Source: Octopus vulgaris
Lineage: Eukaryota
Assembly: GCA_951406725.2 (NCBI GenBank)
Contig: OX597824.1
Location: forward strand, 65,782,001 to 65,846,000
DNA: 64,000 nt
Direction: 5' to 3'
How positions within the stretch are numbered: the stretch's first letter is position 1; each line of letters starts with the position of its first letter. Shown in pieces: positions 40,340-53,808 of the stretch. The notes under the pieces are model-generated. The model had not been told where the DNA came from and ran no database searches. It was given only the letters and a program-made list of their open reading frames with translations. Position numbers and translations under genes: made by a program.

Positions 40340-40660
40340 GGGTTAAAAAATCTGGATACATTGAAAGAATGATTACATGTTATTTCATTTTCTGAAATAA
40401 CAAAAAATTTCCAAACTATTCTTCAACATGCAAGCATTTCTGGTTATATTCACATGATTTTGGAACACTCAAGAGTATTTGTACAGATGTCTAACTCTTT
40501 TAGTTCACTGATGGTTCTTGGTTGATTCTTGTAGATTACTGGCTTTAGATGACGCTGCAAGAAATATGAGGTGTCAGGGCCTGGGTGACCATTTAACAGG
40601 TCCTGCCTCCTAATCTGTATTCCTGAAAAAGTTTCATCCAAATAATTCATGTTCTAACAT
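40340..40660 (-). mobile_element. Tc1/mariner-superfamily C-terminal relic
   Basis: PDTSYFLQRHLKPVIYKNQPRTISELKE resembles the SPDL..FFLWG.LK..VY..PRTI.ELK region. Confidence 0.55.
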
Positions 40661-41689
40661 CACAGTATGTGTGAGTATACACATAAAGTTGGACAGAATT
40701 TATTGAGGCTAAGTTTCTATGGCTAGATGCCCTTCTTGTTGCCAGCCATTATTTCCAAGCAAGCTAAAATTCCCTCATGGGCAGACATGTTTCTGCAGAA
40801 TAGTGGAAATGAATGACAGTGACACTCATTTATAATTCACATAATGTAAAGGTAAGGAGACAGAAACATAGCTTACTATCCCCATCAAATCAAATTTACT
40901 TGTACAGGTGCCACACGCTAGATGTCAAAGTGATCAGAGTCACTTTAAATGAAGAACATGATGCACTGCCTGTTCCAGGAATTGTAACCATGATCTTGTG
41001 ATTGTGAGTGCAATACCCTAACCCATAGTCCATACTCTTTCATACACACCCACAATCCACTCAGAAACAGATGGCAAGTCTGGGGCTATAGTAGAAGGCA
41101 TTTGCCCACAGTGCAACTGTACCCAAAACCATATGGGTTCAGAAGCAAACTTCTTAACCACACAGCAATGTCCACATTATCAGAATTCTAGAGACTGTCC
41201 CAACTACTATATATAGGGTGAAGTTAGGTTTACCATTTATATTTTGAAATATTTGATTGAAGAAAGTTGTAACAAGTAAAAATGCTTCCCCACCCTGGAA
41301 TCTTTAATTTTTCTGAGGCCCTCTCCCTTAGACATTATTTTTGAAAACACTTCAATTTTGTAACAAATAGTTACCTGTAGAAAGAAGTCATGGTTGAAAA
41401 ATAATTATAAAACTTACATTTACCACTAACATAACAAACACCATCAAAATATTAGTGTCAGTTAATTTCACATTTGTTTCTATTATTTCATTTTACAAAA
41501 ACCAAGAATATTTTCTGCTATAAAACCATTTAAAGCCAAACGATATTTTGCTAATATAATTTGTGGCCAAAAAAATTTCTGTTGATATCCAGAAAATTAG
41601 TAACTTCTAAAAAAATATTACCTTTTGAGCACAAAAGTAAAATCATTTTACCAAAATAAAAACATATGTATTATCTTTTTACTGTACTT

Positions 41690-42400
41690 ATTCAGTGAGA
41701 TCTTTACGGTTGATGCAGTTTCACAAGTTTTTCAGTGGGTCCTTGGTTGGAGACCACATCTACTTAAAATTTCTAAGTGATTGAGAGATTCTGATAGTAG
41801 GAAGGACATTTGGCTAAAACCTGACTCACTGAAGAAGTAGGGAAAAGCAATGGAAATTTCATCACAATTTCACTACTTGCTCATGAGCCACTGAGCCCAT
41901 GGTAAAAATTTAGCTGGAACAATTTGATTACTGTGCATCTCAGTAAGGCTATTTTGTAGTCTGAAATCAATATCAGCTGTATTTGTTACAAATGGGTCTA
42001 CTACCCAAATTGGCATGTGCATTTTCATGAGATCTTTGAACCTAATTTCCATCTCATCGTTCAATTTCAAGTGCTCAATGTGCTCTAAAATATTCTCTAG
42101 TAGCTCCTCTTCATTAGTGGCAAGGGATGGAAAATGTATGAATTACTTATGCCCAATATTGAATAGATTTAAGTTTTCTAAGAAAAGTGCTAGTAGCCTT
42201 TTTGCATATTAAAAGATTAGTATTTTATACCTTGTCACAGTTCAGCAAATTTAGCTTCTGAGATATATCTGAAAGGTAGAATATATCACATTTGGCAGTT
42301 AGTATTTTTTTTCTCCATGCTGCTTACCATTCAGAAACATTGCAACATTGTTCCAAACTTCAATGAAGCAATTATTCTTAGGGATTGGCCTTGAATGTAT
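41690..42400 (-). mobile_element. hAT (Buster/ZBED8-like) transposase relic
   Basis: EMEIRFKDLMKMHMPIWVVDPFV..DIDFRLQNSLTEM and FYLSDISQKLN-like peptides, frameshifted. Confidence 0.65.
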
Positions 42401-44134
42401 GAGCTTCAAAGTAGTAACATGTTTAATTCATAGAACACTTTCCAATGCCAACATGATACTTTACACATCAATAATAAATTATTATATAATCAAAGTGTCT
42501 AGTGAATCTTTGTTTTACTCTTATGAAGGAATGTAAGATACAGATAATGCATGGTATGTTTTTGTGTATAAATTTTAAAGAATTTTAGGAAGAAAGAGAG
42601 TGGTAGTTGTGTGAACCCATCCTTAATTCCCAAATATTTCTGTGGCCCCACAGAGCTTTGCTTTGTCTGAGAAACTCTAGTCTAAATGACCTGTTATAAT
42701 TCAACATGTATATTTACAGCTATTTAGCCATTTTATTACATGGTAACACACACACAAGCTGTGTTTTTCTGTGCTTCAGAATTCACCAAGCTTCAGTATA
42801 GTATGGAAATCAATTCCAATAGTCATCCTGAATTTCTGACATATTATTAATTACTTGGATTAAATTTTGTCAATTGGTGCCTTAGTATATTGTTCAACTG
42901 GCCAAATAACACCACATTTTTTGAATGAAACAGTAGATTTCGCGAAATTAATGATGTTTTGTGTTGGCACATAGGATGATTCTGTTGTTACATTTTTACT
43001 TCTCATTATCATGTAATGACTATTTTCCACACTGGCATGTGTTAGATGGTTTGATTGGAGCTGGCTAGCCGGAGAGCTGCACCAGGCTCCAGTCATATGT
43101 GTATAAATTCATCATCATCATCATCATAGGCATAAGCACAGTTAAGTAGTAAAAAATGTTCACTTCCCAACCCTGAGTTCAATCCCACTGCATAGCATCT
43201 TGGGCAAGTGTCTTCTACTATAGTCCTAGGCTAACTAAGTCTTGTAGATATATTTGGTTGGTGCAAATTGAAAAAAAGTTCATTGTATAGGTGTGGGTGG
43301 GTTCAGAAGTACTCATCTACATGTTACTTGGTTGATTATAAACAATGGTTTTGCTAGCGTTGTCATTTGAGCTTCTTGACCTACTACATAACCTGTGTAA
43401 ACAAAAGGCTCTTTCATCTGATGTCATTTTCAGTTCTCCAAAATACATCTGGTTTGTTTCTTGTTTGATAGACTGGGAGATTATTACCATCACTTGTTTT
43501 CATGTGATGGTTGCCAACAAGGACATCCAGCCATAGAAGACTGGCCTAGCGTATTCTTGTCTGACTCAAGCAAGCATGGAAAAGTAGATGTTAAAACGAT
43601 GATGAAATTGTAGAATGTTACTTGGTTGAGGCAGTTGACAATTTTTCTTACAATGTCTCTATGCAATGAACCATGTTACCAGGAATATGACAAGTGAATC
43701 GAAAGATCAAGTTTAAAATGCTTTGCAGTATTCTTTCTGGTTCGTTAAGCTCTGAGTTCAAATTCTGCTAAGTCAATTTTACTTTCCATCCTTCTGTGGT
43801 TGATAAAATAAGCACCGAATTTGATGTAATTAAGTAACATCCTCTTCTTAAAACTGCTAACCTTGTACCAAAATTAGAAAGAATTGTTATTGTTGTTATT
43901 AGTGTACAAGCAAATTTTGTCATAATTTGTTACATCCCTTTACTCTTTGACTCAAATCCTTTCTGAATTGGAAAGTACCAGTAATATACCAATTTAATTT
44001 AATAGAATATATTCTTTCTCCAAAATTTGTTCAGAACAACAAGTGTTCAAAAATAGGTTCATCATAGAAAAGCTCAACACAATGTATGGACTATTTTGAT
44101 ATAAGTAAACATTTTCAGTTCACTATATATATAA

Positions 44135-44610
44135 CACTGTGTAACATGATTTTTATTTCTTGTGTAGCAACTGTTATTTCCTATTTGCTTACCCCTAGAA
44201 AGTATGAAAAATGGCAAATATTTCCTTCTAACTTTGCTTTTGTTACATTTATTCAAACCCCAATACATCCCTTTCAACACATGGCTATGATGCTCCCACA
44301 CTACTGCTGCTCGTAATCAGAGATGCAGATATTGTTAGTCACTAAGGGACATGCTCTCAAGTGGTTATGGTCAAGCAACTGACAAGCAAATCTGTGATAT
44401 TGAGCTATAATGATATTTCTGCTTCAGCAATTCAGTGCTGAACCTGTATGAAATGTAATAGAAAATGGGTCAGTTTGAAAACTGACATTCAGGTCACAAA
44501 AGCAAAGTTTGAAGGGAATAGTAGCCATTTCCTTTGATTTCTAGATAGAAGCAAATAGGAAATAGCACTTACTGACCAAAGACAAATATTTCAAATTTTG
44601 TTACACAGTG
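44135..44610. mobile_element. Long-TIR MITE, copy B
   Basis: cactgtgtaaca...tgttacacagtg. Reverse-complement homology to 26374-26840 over its whole length. Confidence 0.8.
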
Positions 44611-45023
44611 CATGAATTCAGCTACCTTACTATATCAACCAGTGTTATGGACAACTTTATACCAGCATCTTGACTCAATATAATGCTGATACAGTCTGCA
44701 ATAAAGACAGAATCTAAAGGAAAGAGCAGTGGCATATCAGCAAAAATGTAATAAGTAAATTTTAGTAAATGTGAATTCCTCTCTGTATGCTGCAGTAGAA
44801 GTGAAAATTTTGTTGGGGTTTATTTTCTATCTCCAAAAAAGTGCCCTTAATGAAATATTAGAATTTATATCTCCACTGTGGCATACAAACTTTTTCAAAA
44901 GAGCCACTAGCAGTTAATTTCCCTCAAATCACACTTTACCAATTTTGAAAAAGGAAGCACACATTAGGTAATACAGTACTAACCATTAAAGAAAGACTGT
45001 ATGGTTCACAGCTGTAGCTTTAA

Positions 45024-45238
45024 CCCTTTAGCATTCAGATTATTCTGTCAAATGTAATGCCTTTTTATTCATTGTTTTGAATTAATCATGCATTATTTTG
45101 TAGCTTTGAGAGTTCAATGATATTGTTTATTTTTAGAATGACATTGTAGGATGGGTGTGAGAGGCTGGACCTGGACAGTTTGAACAAAAAACTGATAGAA
45201 TATTTGGGCAGGATATGGCTGGATTGAATGCTCGAGTG
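45024..45238. mobile_element. piggyBac-like MITE
   Basis: TTAA-ccctttagcattca...tgaatgctcgagtg-TTAA. Confidence 0.7.
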
Positions 45239-48200
45239 TTAATTATAAATTTGCCCAGTCAGGGCTGATGTGGAACCAAACAGCATATTGAGACACAGAT
45301 CCACAGTCTTGTAGCCTGAAATTTTGGTTACTGAACATATTGTCCTCTCTCACAATCTATAAATTAGTCTTTGAGAAAAATATAAAAATTTTTTTAAATA
45401 AAATATCAAGCTGCAGAATCTGGGGAAGTTAATAATGGTCAGTGTCAGCAAATAGTAAGTACATAAAGTTTGCAAAGAGGGATAAATTAGATTGGTATGA
45501 AACCACTTTTCCAAACAACCTTCATCAGAAGAAGATAAAATGAGGGTTTCTTCTTCACAGCAATCAAATTGATTCCCTTCATCAATGTTGGTATGTGAAA
45601 AAATATATAAAAAAACGTTTTGCATATATTGAATAATACAACTATTAGAACTTTTAGAACTTCTAATAGAAATTTTAGAACATTTTGTTGATTTGCTACA
45701 TTTTGCTACTAAATTTCTAATTTTAAGAAGAAATTCTTTCCACTGTTTCAACTGAGAGGTTTCAACAAATGATTTTCATCATCAGTGAAAGACTATATAG
45801 TGGTACCTGTTGGATTTGTTAATAATAAGACAGCAAATTTCCAGAGTCATAAGAACATCAGATGAAATACTTTTGTTCTGGCTCCCTGCATTCTAAGTTC
45901 AAATCTCACCAAGGCCAACTTTGCCTTTCATCCTTTCTGATTCGCTAAATCTTGGATTTTGGTAACAAAGTGGACTCTGCTAAAGACACCAAAAGGCAAG
46001 GTAGTGGCAATAAACTGGATGACAAATTAAGCCTATCATTCAAGAATAGGAACGGTTCCTCTGAACGGCTTTGATACAGTTATCAATAAACAATTTCACA
46101 TGAAAGTTTAGCTGTGGTAGAGGCCCTAAAGAGCCATACAATGAATATTGAGCCTAGTTGTGAAGTAGACTTTTTAACAGAAACATTTAGAATCCATGAT
46201 CTATGAACTGCTGGAACACTGCCATATCTCTCTCACTTTCTGAATTGACACTATGAAGGAGCCAGGAACAGAGTGTTCACATTGCAGCCCCTACCAATCC
46301 TTTCACTGCCATTCTGAGGACACAACAAGAAAGAAAGGAAGCACTAAAAATGATCTCCATTGGTTCAAAAGCTACACATTTTTAGTAAATTTGATTCCAG
46401 TACATAGCTGGTACTTATTTAATTGGTCCTGGAAAAACAAAAGGGAAGTCGACTTGGCAGGATTTGAACTCGAAATGTACAGTCGTGTAACTAATGATCA
46501 CAAGGTATATTTTGTCAGACAATAAAACTAATGTCATGGACAGGAGGTCATAAATACTGGGGGAGAAGTGTAGTTGATTTAAATGCAAGTACTTGACTGA
46601 TATCGATATGTTATCTATCCCTGGATGCAAAAGGGAAGTAATATTGTAAGGCATTTTTGTCTGCTCTAACAATTCTGCTATTCCCCACCCTCTTAATAAT
46701 AATAATCTCTTACATAATCAGAACAATAAACATCTATCAGTATATTTTATTGTAAATAATGCTTTTAAAACAGACAAGAATACTGGGGTAAGTTGATACA
46801 ACCATAAAGACAATAATCTTGTAAATATATGCTAAGCTAAATCAAGTCTCCTCCTGATTGCTATAGAGAAGTACATTGAGTTGCAAACCACATATTTTTG
46901 TATAAACAATGATAACATAGGAAAGCTTTTATACAGTCACACAACTGGCTAGAAATACCAGCCAAATCTCATGTAAATCATATCCTACCATTTTATAGAA
47001 AGACTAATTTGGTAATGCGGTCCTCTCAAACTGGGTGGGGAAGATGAGATGATCACATCTGGAATACCTTTGATCATGGGTTTGTTCAATCAAGGCTGAC
47101 CTAGGATTAAGAAATTGTTACTTAGCAACAATTACAATGTAATTGGTTTCATTATTATTAGTTTTCCTTCCTTTACTCTATGCTGGAAAATTAAGCTGAA
47201 GTCAAATGCCACTGAAACCCTAACTGGCTTTTAAGAACAGGGGAAAGGTTCTCAGTTCCAGTTTTGCTTTAATCACAGGAAAGATACACATCCTCCTGGA
47301 TAAGAAAATGGCCTATTTCAAATAAACTTCTCTCATAAGCTGGTTCCTATCCTCAACAGTGAAGTATGCATGTATTTATTTAAGGTTTATATCCTTTTTT
47401 AGGACACCAAAAGGCAAGGTAGTTGCAATAAACTAAATGACAAATTAAGCCTATCGTCCAAGAACAGGAAAGGTTCCTCTGATAGGCTTTGATACGGTTA
47501 TCAATAAACAATTTCACATGCAAGGCTTTGCTGTGGTATAGGCTCAAGTAGCCATATAGTGAATACTGAACCTGGAACTACCTAGTTGTGAAGCAGACTT
47601 TTTAACAGAAACATTTTCAGTGAAATAGAATCCATAATCTATGAAATGCTAGAACACTGCCATATCATCAATTCAACCATTTTACTTCTGCATCTGCTAG
47701 AAAGAATATGTAGAGGTCAAACAATAACTATCTATTCATTTCAGTTCTACATACTAGACTGCTATCAAGCTGCAAGAAGTTGGAACAGGAACTTACAACT
47801 GGTTACTCTTGCTATTAGAAAAGAGTATGCTGAAAGGAGGCTTGTGTTTTAAATTTGTGATTGATTATAATATATGATCAAAGGCATTCAAACTTGTCTC
47901 TTTTCTAGGTATAATATATCCAAAACAACATTCTGGATAAATGTTTCCTTCCTCTTTTAAACTTGTACAATGTGATTTTAGGGTGATTAGGCTGCTATTT
48001 CTGGCAGATCGAACGACCGCATAAAGGCTCCTCCTTTGACACGTTTGCCAGTAGTTTAATCACAGACAAGACAGAGTAAACTTTTGAAAATAAGGAAAAA
48101 TAGGTATAGAATTAAAACAAAGGTGTAGTTTTAGTGCTGCCATTTTTTTTAATAAAAATTAAATTGCTATAGTAGAGTTCTGAAATTTAATTGTTCAATT

Positions 48201-48947
48201 AAAGAATCTTTTAGGGAATAAAATAAACTGTAAATATAATAATAAAAACATAATATTTTCATAAACCGATCATAATTAAATCAAAGACTAAACAAGATCA
48301 TAATGTAAAGTTCAAAAGATACATGCACACTGAAAATAATTAAACAAAAAAGAAAGTCGATCTTCAAAGTAAACTAAATTTGTTATTCCACAGGTGTTAT
48401 TATGATGAATCCAGGATAATTTCAGTGTATCATCCACTTAATGCTACAACGGCCTGTGTATAGCCTTACGAACCCGTGATTAGGAAAATGATTAACAAGT
48501 AGCATGAAACATGACAGGGAAATAATGAAAAATTATTCACTAAGAAATAAACAGAAGTTAAGAAAATTCACTTTGTTGTTTCTAGCTTAAATATTTATTT
48601 CTCTTACGTCTCTATTTCTGCAATACACACAAAATATCACTGATGCAGAACGCCGCATAAAGTAATTTAAAACTAAACTGATAGGCTTTGGTTTCACATA
48701 CAAACAAAACGTAGTAGAAAAACACAAAACTCAACCCTTAACTCAAGTGACATGAAATATGTCCAGGTTTGGTATAAATCAAATTATGGGGTTAAAAAAA
48801 TGAAATAAAATACAATAACTTCATTAAATCGTTTTCTAAATATCACATTTTTAAAACCTCAAATAGATTTTTATGGTATTTTTCTCTGTAAATTATCTAA
48901 AAATACTGACATGTGGCGTACCTTTAGCATATTTAACATGAGCACAT

Positions 48948-50435
48948 CTACGTGTAATACTTCTGAATCTGTTTATCAAATGCATCTTTGATAGCCATTC
49001 GGAAGGTTTTTTGGTTGAACAAGAAGGCAGATATGTGACCAGAATCAATGTAGCGCACTTCAGCTTCAGGCCATAGCTGCTTCAGACTGAGGACCCCTTC
49101 ATGAGGAATGTAAGCGTCTTGTTTTGCAGCCACAATGATAATCAAACTAGTATCTACGGGTTGTGTGTAATTGCCAAGGTGAGTGAACTCTTCCATCACA
49201 TCTCGCATAAAATTCAACGCTTCTTCAGAAACTCTTTTAGTAGAATGCCTTTTTTCCTTTTCTTTTTCTTTAGTCGTCTGTGACCTAGTGATGTGAGATT
49301 TGGCAGCAGCATAGCTTAGGGATAAATACCGAGATTTCCAGTCTGTTTTCGACGGTTTGGACAAAGTTGTGAGAATGTTAGTGTTGTTAAGGGCTTGAAA
49401 AGAATCAGCAGCAGTAGCTTGTGTGTTTTCCAAAGATATAGTATTGCTAGGGTTAAAATCGACCATTTTGTTTTCATCTTCTTTGCGTATAGAGAGGGAT
49501 TCTTCTTTGGTTTCAAAATCAAGTTTTAGATTTAATAAAGACGGTTTATTTTGACTACGATAAAAGTTGAGGACATCTTTTAAGGACTCGTCCATATCTT
49601 GTACATATTTCTGTCCAAGGCGGAAGGCTCTGGCCACATCTTCGGGGGAGTGGATCATTTTCTTGATATCGGTCCCATACTGACTTTCTTCCAGATACTG
49701 AGACTGTAAAACTCGCCAGGGGATGGCTTCACTGAGAACACCATGTGTGAATACACCAGACGCGGTACTCCAGGACAGACAGGGTATTAGTGAAAGAGGT
49801 TTATTCCAATTTGACGCAGCCAAGGAAGCCATATGTCCCCCCATTGAAATACCAGTGATGCCCAAAGGACCCCACCCTTGCTGTTCACACCAGTTAAGCA
49901 ATACTAACGACTCTAGGATGAGAGCTCCGCCCATTACGAAAAGGTCACTTACATTGTGCAACGCCGATCGTAACTGTTGTTTTGGTTTTCGCATGCCATA
50001 GTAAGGATTTTCAAGAATGATTGAAGCGATTCCAAACTCCTTCAGTAAAGGTTTCCCCAACAACGTTCGTCTTCTCCAGTAGAAATGGTCTCCAGTGCCA
50101 CCCAGTTGAACACAAACCGGCTTTAGTTGAGATTTCCATAATTTAGGTAAAATCATTTGAAATTTGGCGATTTCAACTTCTTTGGGCATCACATCTGACA
50201 TATAGACTGCGAAGGGCGAGAGGAAATGTCCTTCCAATATGCGGTGGTCATCCTGTTCTATATCCTTGTCGATATGTACAGGATAGTCGGGTGGAACTAA
50301 CTTAATGCATTCCTCTCGATTCGAGATAATTTTCCTACAGTTGAACAGTTTTTTCAAGTTTTCTGGTTTACCCCAGCCTTTGGTAAACAGTTTCGATATC
50401 AAGAAGCGACGGTACCACTGATCGAGTCGACTCAT
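48948..50435 (-). CDS. ABHD18: ABHD18 (C4orf29-like) alpha/beta hydrolase, single-exon CDS, 495 aa
   Basis: Uninterrupted ORF. MSRLDQWYRRFLISKLFTKGWG, GTGDHFYWRRR, ENPYYG, NVSDLFVMGGALILES and the nucleophile motif GISMGG match ABHD18. Candidate catalytic Asp (KQDAYIP) and His (SGHISAF). ATG at 50435 is in gccATG context; the ORF-track start at 50471 is a GTG. Confidence 0.95.
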   Translation of the reverse strand: MSRLDQWYRRFLISKLFTKGWGKPENLKKLFNCRKIISNREECIKLVPPDYPVHIDKDIEQDDHRILEGHFLSPFAVYMSDVMPKEVEIAKFQMILPKLWKSQLKPVCVQLGGTGDHFYWRRRTLLGKPLLKEFGIASIILENPYYGMRKPKQQLRSALHNVSDLFVMGGALILESLVLLNWCEQQGWGPLGITGISMGGHMASLAASNWNKPLSLIPCLSWSTASGVFTHGVLSEAIPWRVLQSQYLEESQYGTDIKKMIHSPEDVARAFRLGQKYVQDMDESLKDVLNFYRSQNKPSLLNLKLDFETKEESLSIRKEDENKMVDFNPSNTISLENTQATAADSFQALNNTNILTTLSKPSKTDWKSRYLSLSYAAAKSHITRSQTTKEKEKEKRHSTKRVSEEALNFMRDVMEEFTHLGNYTQPVDTSLIIIVAAKQDAYIPHEGVLSLKQLWPEAEVRYIDSGHISAFLFNQKTFRMAIKDAFDKQIQKYYT

Positions 50436-52513
50436 GGCTTGGATCACGTTAATATTTTCAGTTCGAAACACATGGTTTAAACAATAACACGGTTATTGTG
50501 CGTTCATTATTTTACCTCCGTGGTTATTATGGGTGCAGATAGTACGTCTGGTATTCAACCTGTAGTTCAACAGCTTTTTTCAACATTGTCGGTGTAAGCA
50601 GACGGACAGAACAAGGGCAACAGATCTTACCATATATTGAATTCCAGAATTATACAGAGTTTAGTAAAATTCCAAAGTTCAAAAGATAACAACTTGATAG
50701 TTTTTAGAAACGTAAAACTGACAAATATTACTTAAATAGTTTTTAAAAATATTCCCTCTATATTTTCAGCAATTACAACGTGTCTAAAGAGACTTTTATG
50801 TAAATGGGTTAACTGTTATTTTCGTAATTTGAAGCGTGATATACTACCAACATGGCTCCAAGTAACCACTTGGCTAAGCATATCTCAGGCACACGTCGCA
50901 TGTTGTTGATGTTCAGGTTCAAGTTAGCCCTGATCGAGCATACCAATGAGCGAAAACATCGCAATGCGACCCTTCCACCTTTTTATTTATTGATTTATTT
51001 ATTCTAAATATAATGTATCTCAATCCATACCTCGTGTTACCTCATGTAAGACGATAGTAAGAGATGATTTGAAAGAAATTTATGTTATTTCTAATCGGTT
51101 GAATGATCAGTTAGCAGCTTTCCCACCCCAGAATTTTGTTATTTTGCCAAACACATTTGTGTCCTGGTTACATTACCCAACGTGTCTTTTGTTTCTAAGG
51201 CGATGGATGTGGGTTTGAGAACGATTCAGCCACTGTTTCTAGCGGTCACGTAGCGTTTGGCGCGATTGATTTTAACTTTATATTTTGTGGATATCTTTTT
51301 CTCACGTAGCTTTCGTAATATATATTAAGATAATCGTTTTCAGTTTATGCTTTGTATCTTTTCACTTTCAACGTGGTGTTATCATAACAGTTCACTAATT
51401 CTTCACTCTTAAATCTTTAGCTGCATGTAGTAGCAAATCATACTGGACACTATACAAAATCTAGTTTTACATCATTCTTCCTGAGTTCAATAGACGTCAG
51501 AGTAAAATTTGCTTGACAATCACTCTCAGGATAATAAAATAAGTATCATTATTAACACCTGATAGATATTAAACAAACTCTATTAATTCAGTCGAATATG
51601 CAGCTCAGTCTCTTCAAAGTTCGGGTTTTAATACTTTCTTAATTTTAAATTATCATGCAAGAAATAATTTTCTCTGTCCAGTTTCAACCGCAATCCGGTT
51701 CACGGCAACATGAGGATTTCGTTCATATGAAAAAGAATTCAAACGAAGCTTAAAACATAACACTAAAGAGATAAATTTCATAGACGATAGTTTGAGAATG
51801 AATCATCAAAATTTGGTTGAGGTCATTTCACCTTGTATCTTCTAATGCTTTATTTATCTAGTATCCTACAACCGATCACACCGACCCGGTGTGAAAAGTC
51901 AACTTTCGATATAAATATAATAAACATATTTTTTCTCTTTAACCAGTGCACTGAATTCTTTACCAGACAATCTTTGAATTACATAAAATAAACTTTTAAT
52001 GTAGTTTACATCTGGTGTGAGTGTGTGTGTGTGTATACATATATCTTTTACCTGTTTCAGTCGTTAAACTGCAGCCAGGATAGGGGCACCGCCTTGAATT
52101 TTTATTCAAATGAATCGACCCCAGTACGTATTTTTTGAGCCTGGTACTTATTTTATCGGATTCTTTTCCAGAATCGCTAAGTTACTGGGACGTAAACACA
52201 CCAACACTGGTTGTCAAGTGGTGATAAAGGGACAGACAGACACATACACACACATATATATACATATTTCTTTATTACCCACAAGGGGCTAAACATAGAG
52301 AGGACAAACAAGGATAGACATAGGTATTAAGTCGATTACATCGACCCCAGTGCGTAACTGGTACTTAATTTATCGACCCCGAAAGAATGAAAGGCCAAGT
52401 CGACCTCGGCGCAATTTGAACTCAGAACGTAACGGCAGACGAAATACCGCTAGGTATTTCGCCCGGCGTGCTAACGTTTCTACCAGCTCACCGCCTGATA
52501 CATTACCTATATG

Positions 52514-52863
52514 TGGAGGCATAATGGCCCAGTGGTTAGGGCAGCAGACTCGCGGTTGTGGTTTCGCGGTTTCGATTCCCAGACCGAGCGTTGTGAGCGT
52601 TGAATAAATACACCTAAAGCTCCACGAAGCTCTGGCAGGAGGTGGTGGAGAACCCTGTTGTACTCTTTTAACCAACTTTCTTTCACTCTTTCTTCCTGTT
52701 TCTGTTACACCTGTATTTCAAAGGGCCAGCCTTGTCACACGCTGTCACGGTGAATCTCCCTGAGAACTATGTTGAGGGTATACGTTTCTGTGGAGTGCTC
52801 CTCCGACGTTAATTTCGTGAGCAGGATGTTCCATTGATCGGATCAACTGGAACCCTCCTCGTC
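52514..52863 (+). mobile_element. tRNA-headed SINE (family 3)
   Basis: ggaggcataatggcccagtggttagg...gtttcgattccc carries A and B boxes. The same head occurs at 61450. Confidence 0.8.
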
Positions 52864-53164
52864 ATAATACACACACACACACACATATATATATACGAGT
52901 TTCTACCAGTTTCTGTCTAAGAATCCACTCACAAGGCATTGGTTGGCTTGAAGCAATAGTAGAAGACTTTTGCCCAAGTGGGATGGAACCCAAGACCATG
53001 TGGTTGGGAAGCAAGTTTCTTACCACAGCAACTCCTGCAGCTATACCACACACACACACATATACAGCAATAAGAAAATGGAGGGGATGGATCAAGAGGT
53101 GGTTTCATCAACTTTTAGACATTGAATACCACCTCTTGATCCCATCCATTTTCTTATTGCTGTC

Positions 53165-53470
53165 ATCATCATCATCATTTAACGTCCGCTTTCCATGCTG
53201 GCATGGGTTGGACGGTTCAACTGGGGTCTTGGAAGCCAGAAGGCTGCGCCAGGCCCAGTCTGATCTGGCAGTGTTTCTGCAGCTGGATGCCCTTCCTAAC
53301 GCCAACCACTCCGTGAGTGTAGTGGGTGCTTTTTTACTTGCCACCGGCACAGGTGTGCCAGACGAGGCTGGCAAACGGCCACGATCGGATGGTGCTTTTT
53401 ACGTGCCACCGGCACGGAGGCCAGTCGGGTGGCGCTGGCTACGGCCACGTTCGGATGGTTCTCGTGGTTC
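53165..53470 (-). mobile_element. RTE-tail-like repeat ending in (GAT)n
   Basis: catcatcatttaacgtccgctttccatgctggcatgggttggac... Related copies at 57375-57655(-), 2480-2635(+) and 28870-29085(+). Confidence 0.75.
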
Positions 53471-53529
53471 TCTATGTATATATAAATATTTATATAGATG
53501 TTTGCATGTATATATATATATATATATAA

Positions 53530-53652
53530 AAACATAGTAAAAAGGCGATAAAATAAATTATTATTGCCGGTGATCTAGCACAAAAGACATTTTAGCCATT
53601 AGGCTAGATCACCGGCAATAATAATTTATTTTATCGCCTTTTTACTATGTTT
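53530..53652. repeat. Perfect 50-bp inverted repeat with 23-nt spacer
   Basis: 53530-53579 is the exact reverse complement of 53603-53652 (checked base by base). Confidence 0.97.
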
Positions 53653-53808
53653 ACATATTTCTCGATAAATTTTGACCGTTAGACCCTACACCAGAACCCC
53701 CTCTGTTTGTCGGGTATGTTCTGCGTCTGCGCAATGATCTGAAAAGTTAGAGAATGCAAATCAGTAGAGTCGCACATGCTTCTATTGATATGTACTTCTA
53801 GGATAACA

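Noticed and set aside
45350-45751. 133-aa ORF on the minus strand
   Set aside because: Non-ATG start, no recognisable domain, no clear splice signals and AT-rich composition.
50436-50471. 12-aa N-terminal extension of ABHD18 in the ORF track
   Set aside because: It starts at GTG. Homology begins at MSRLD, whose ATG (50435) has a good context.
52514-52592. tRNA gene candidate (also at 61450 and 12509)
   Set aside because: The A/B boxes run into SINE bodies and I could not build a convincing cloverleaf.
52983-53537. 184-aa ORF on the plus strand
   Set aside because: It runs across SINE, RTE-tail and microsatellite sequence, so it is a chance ORF.
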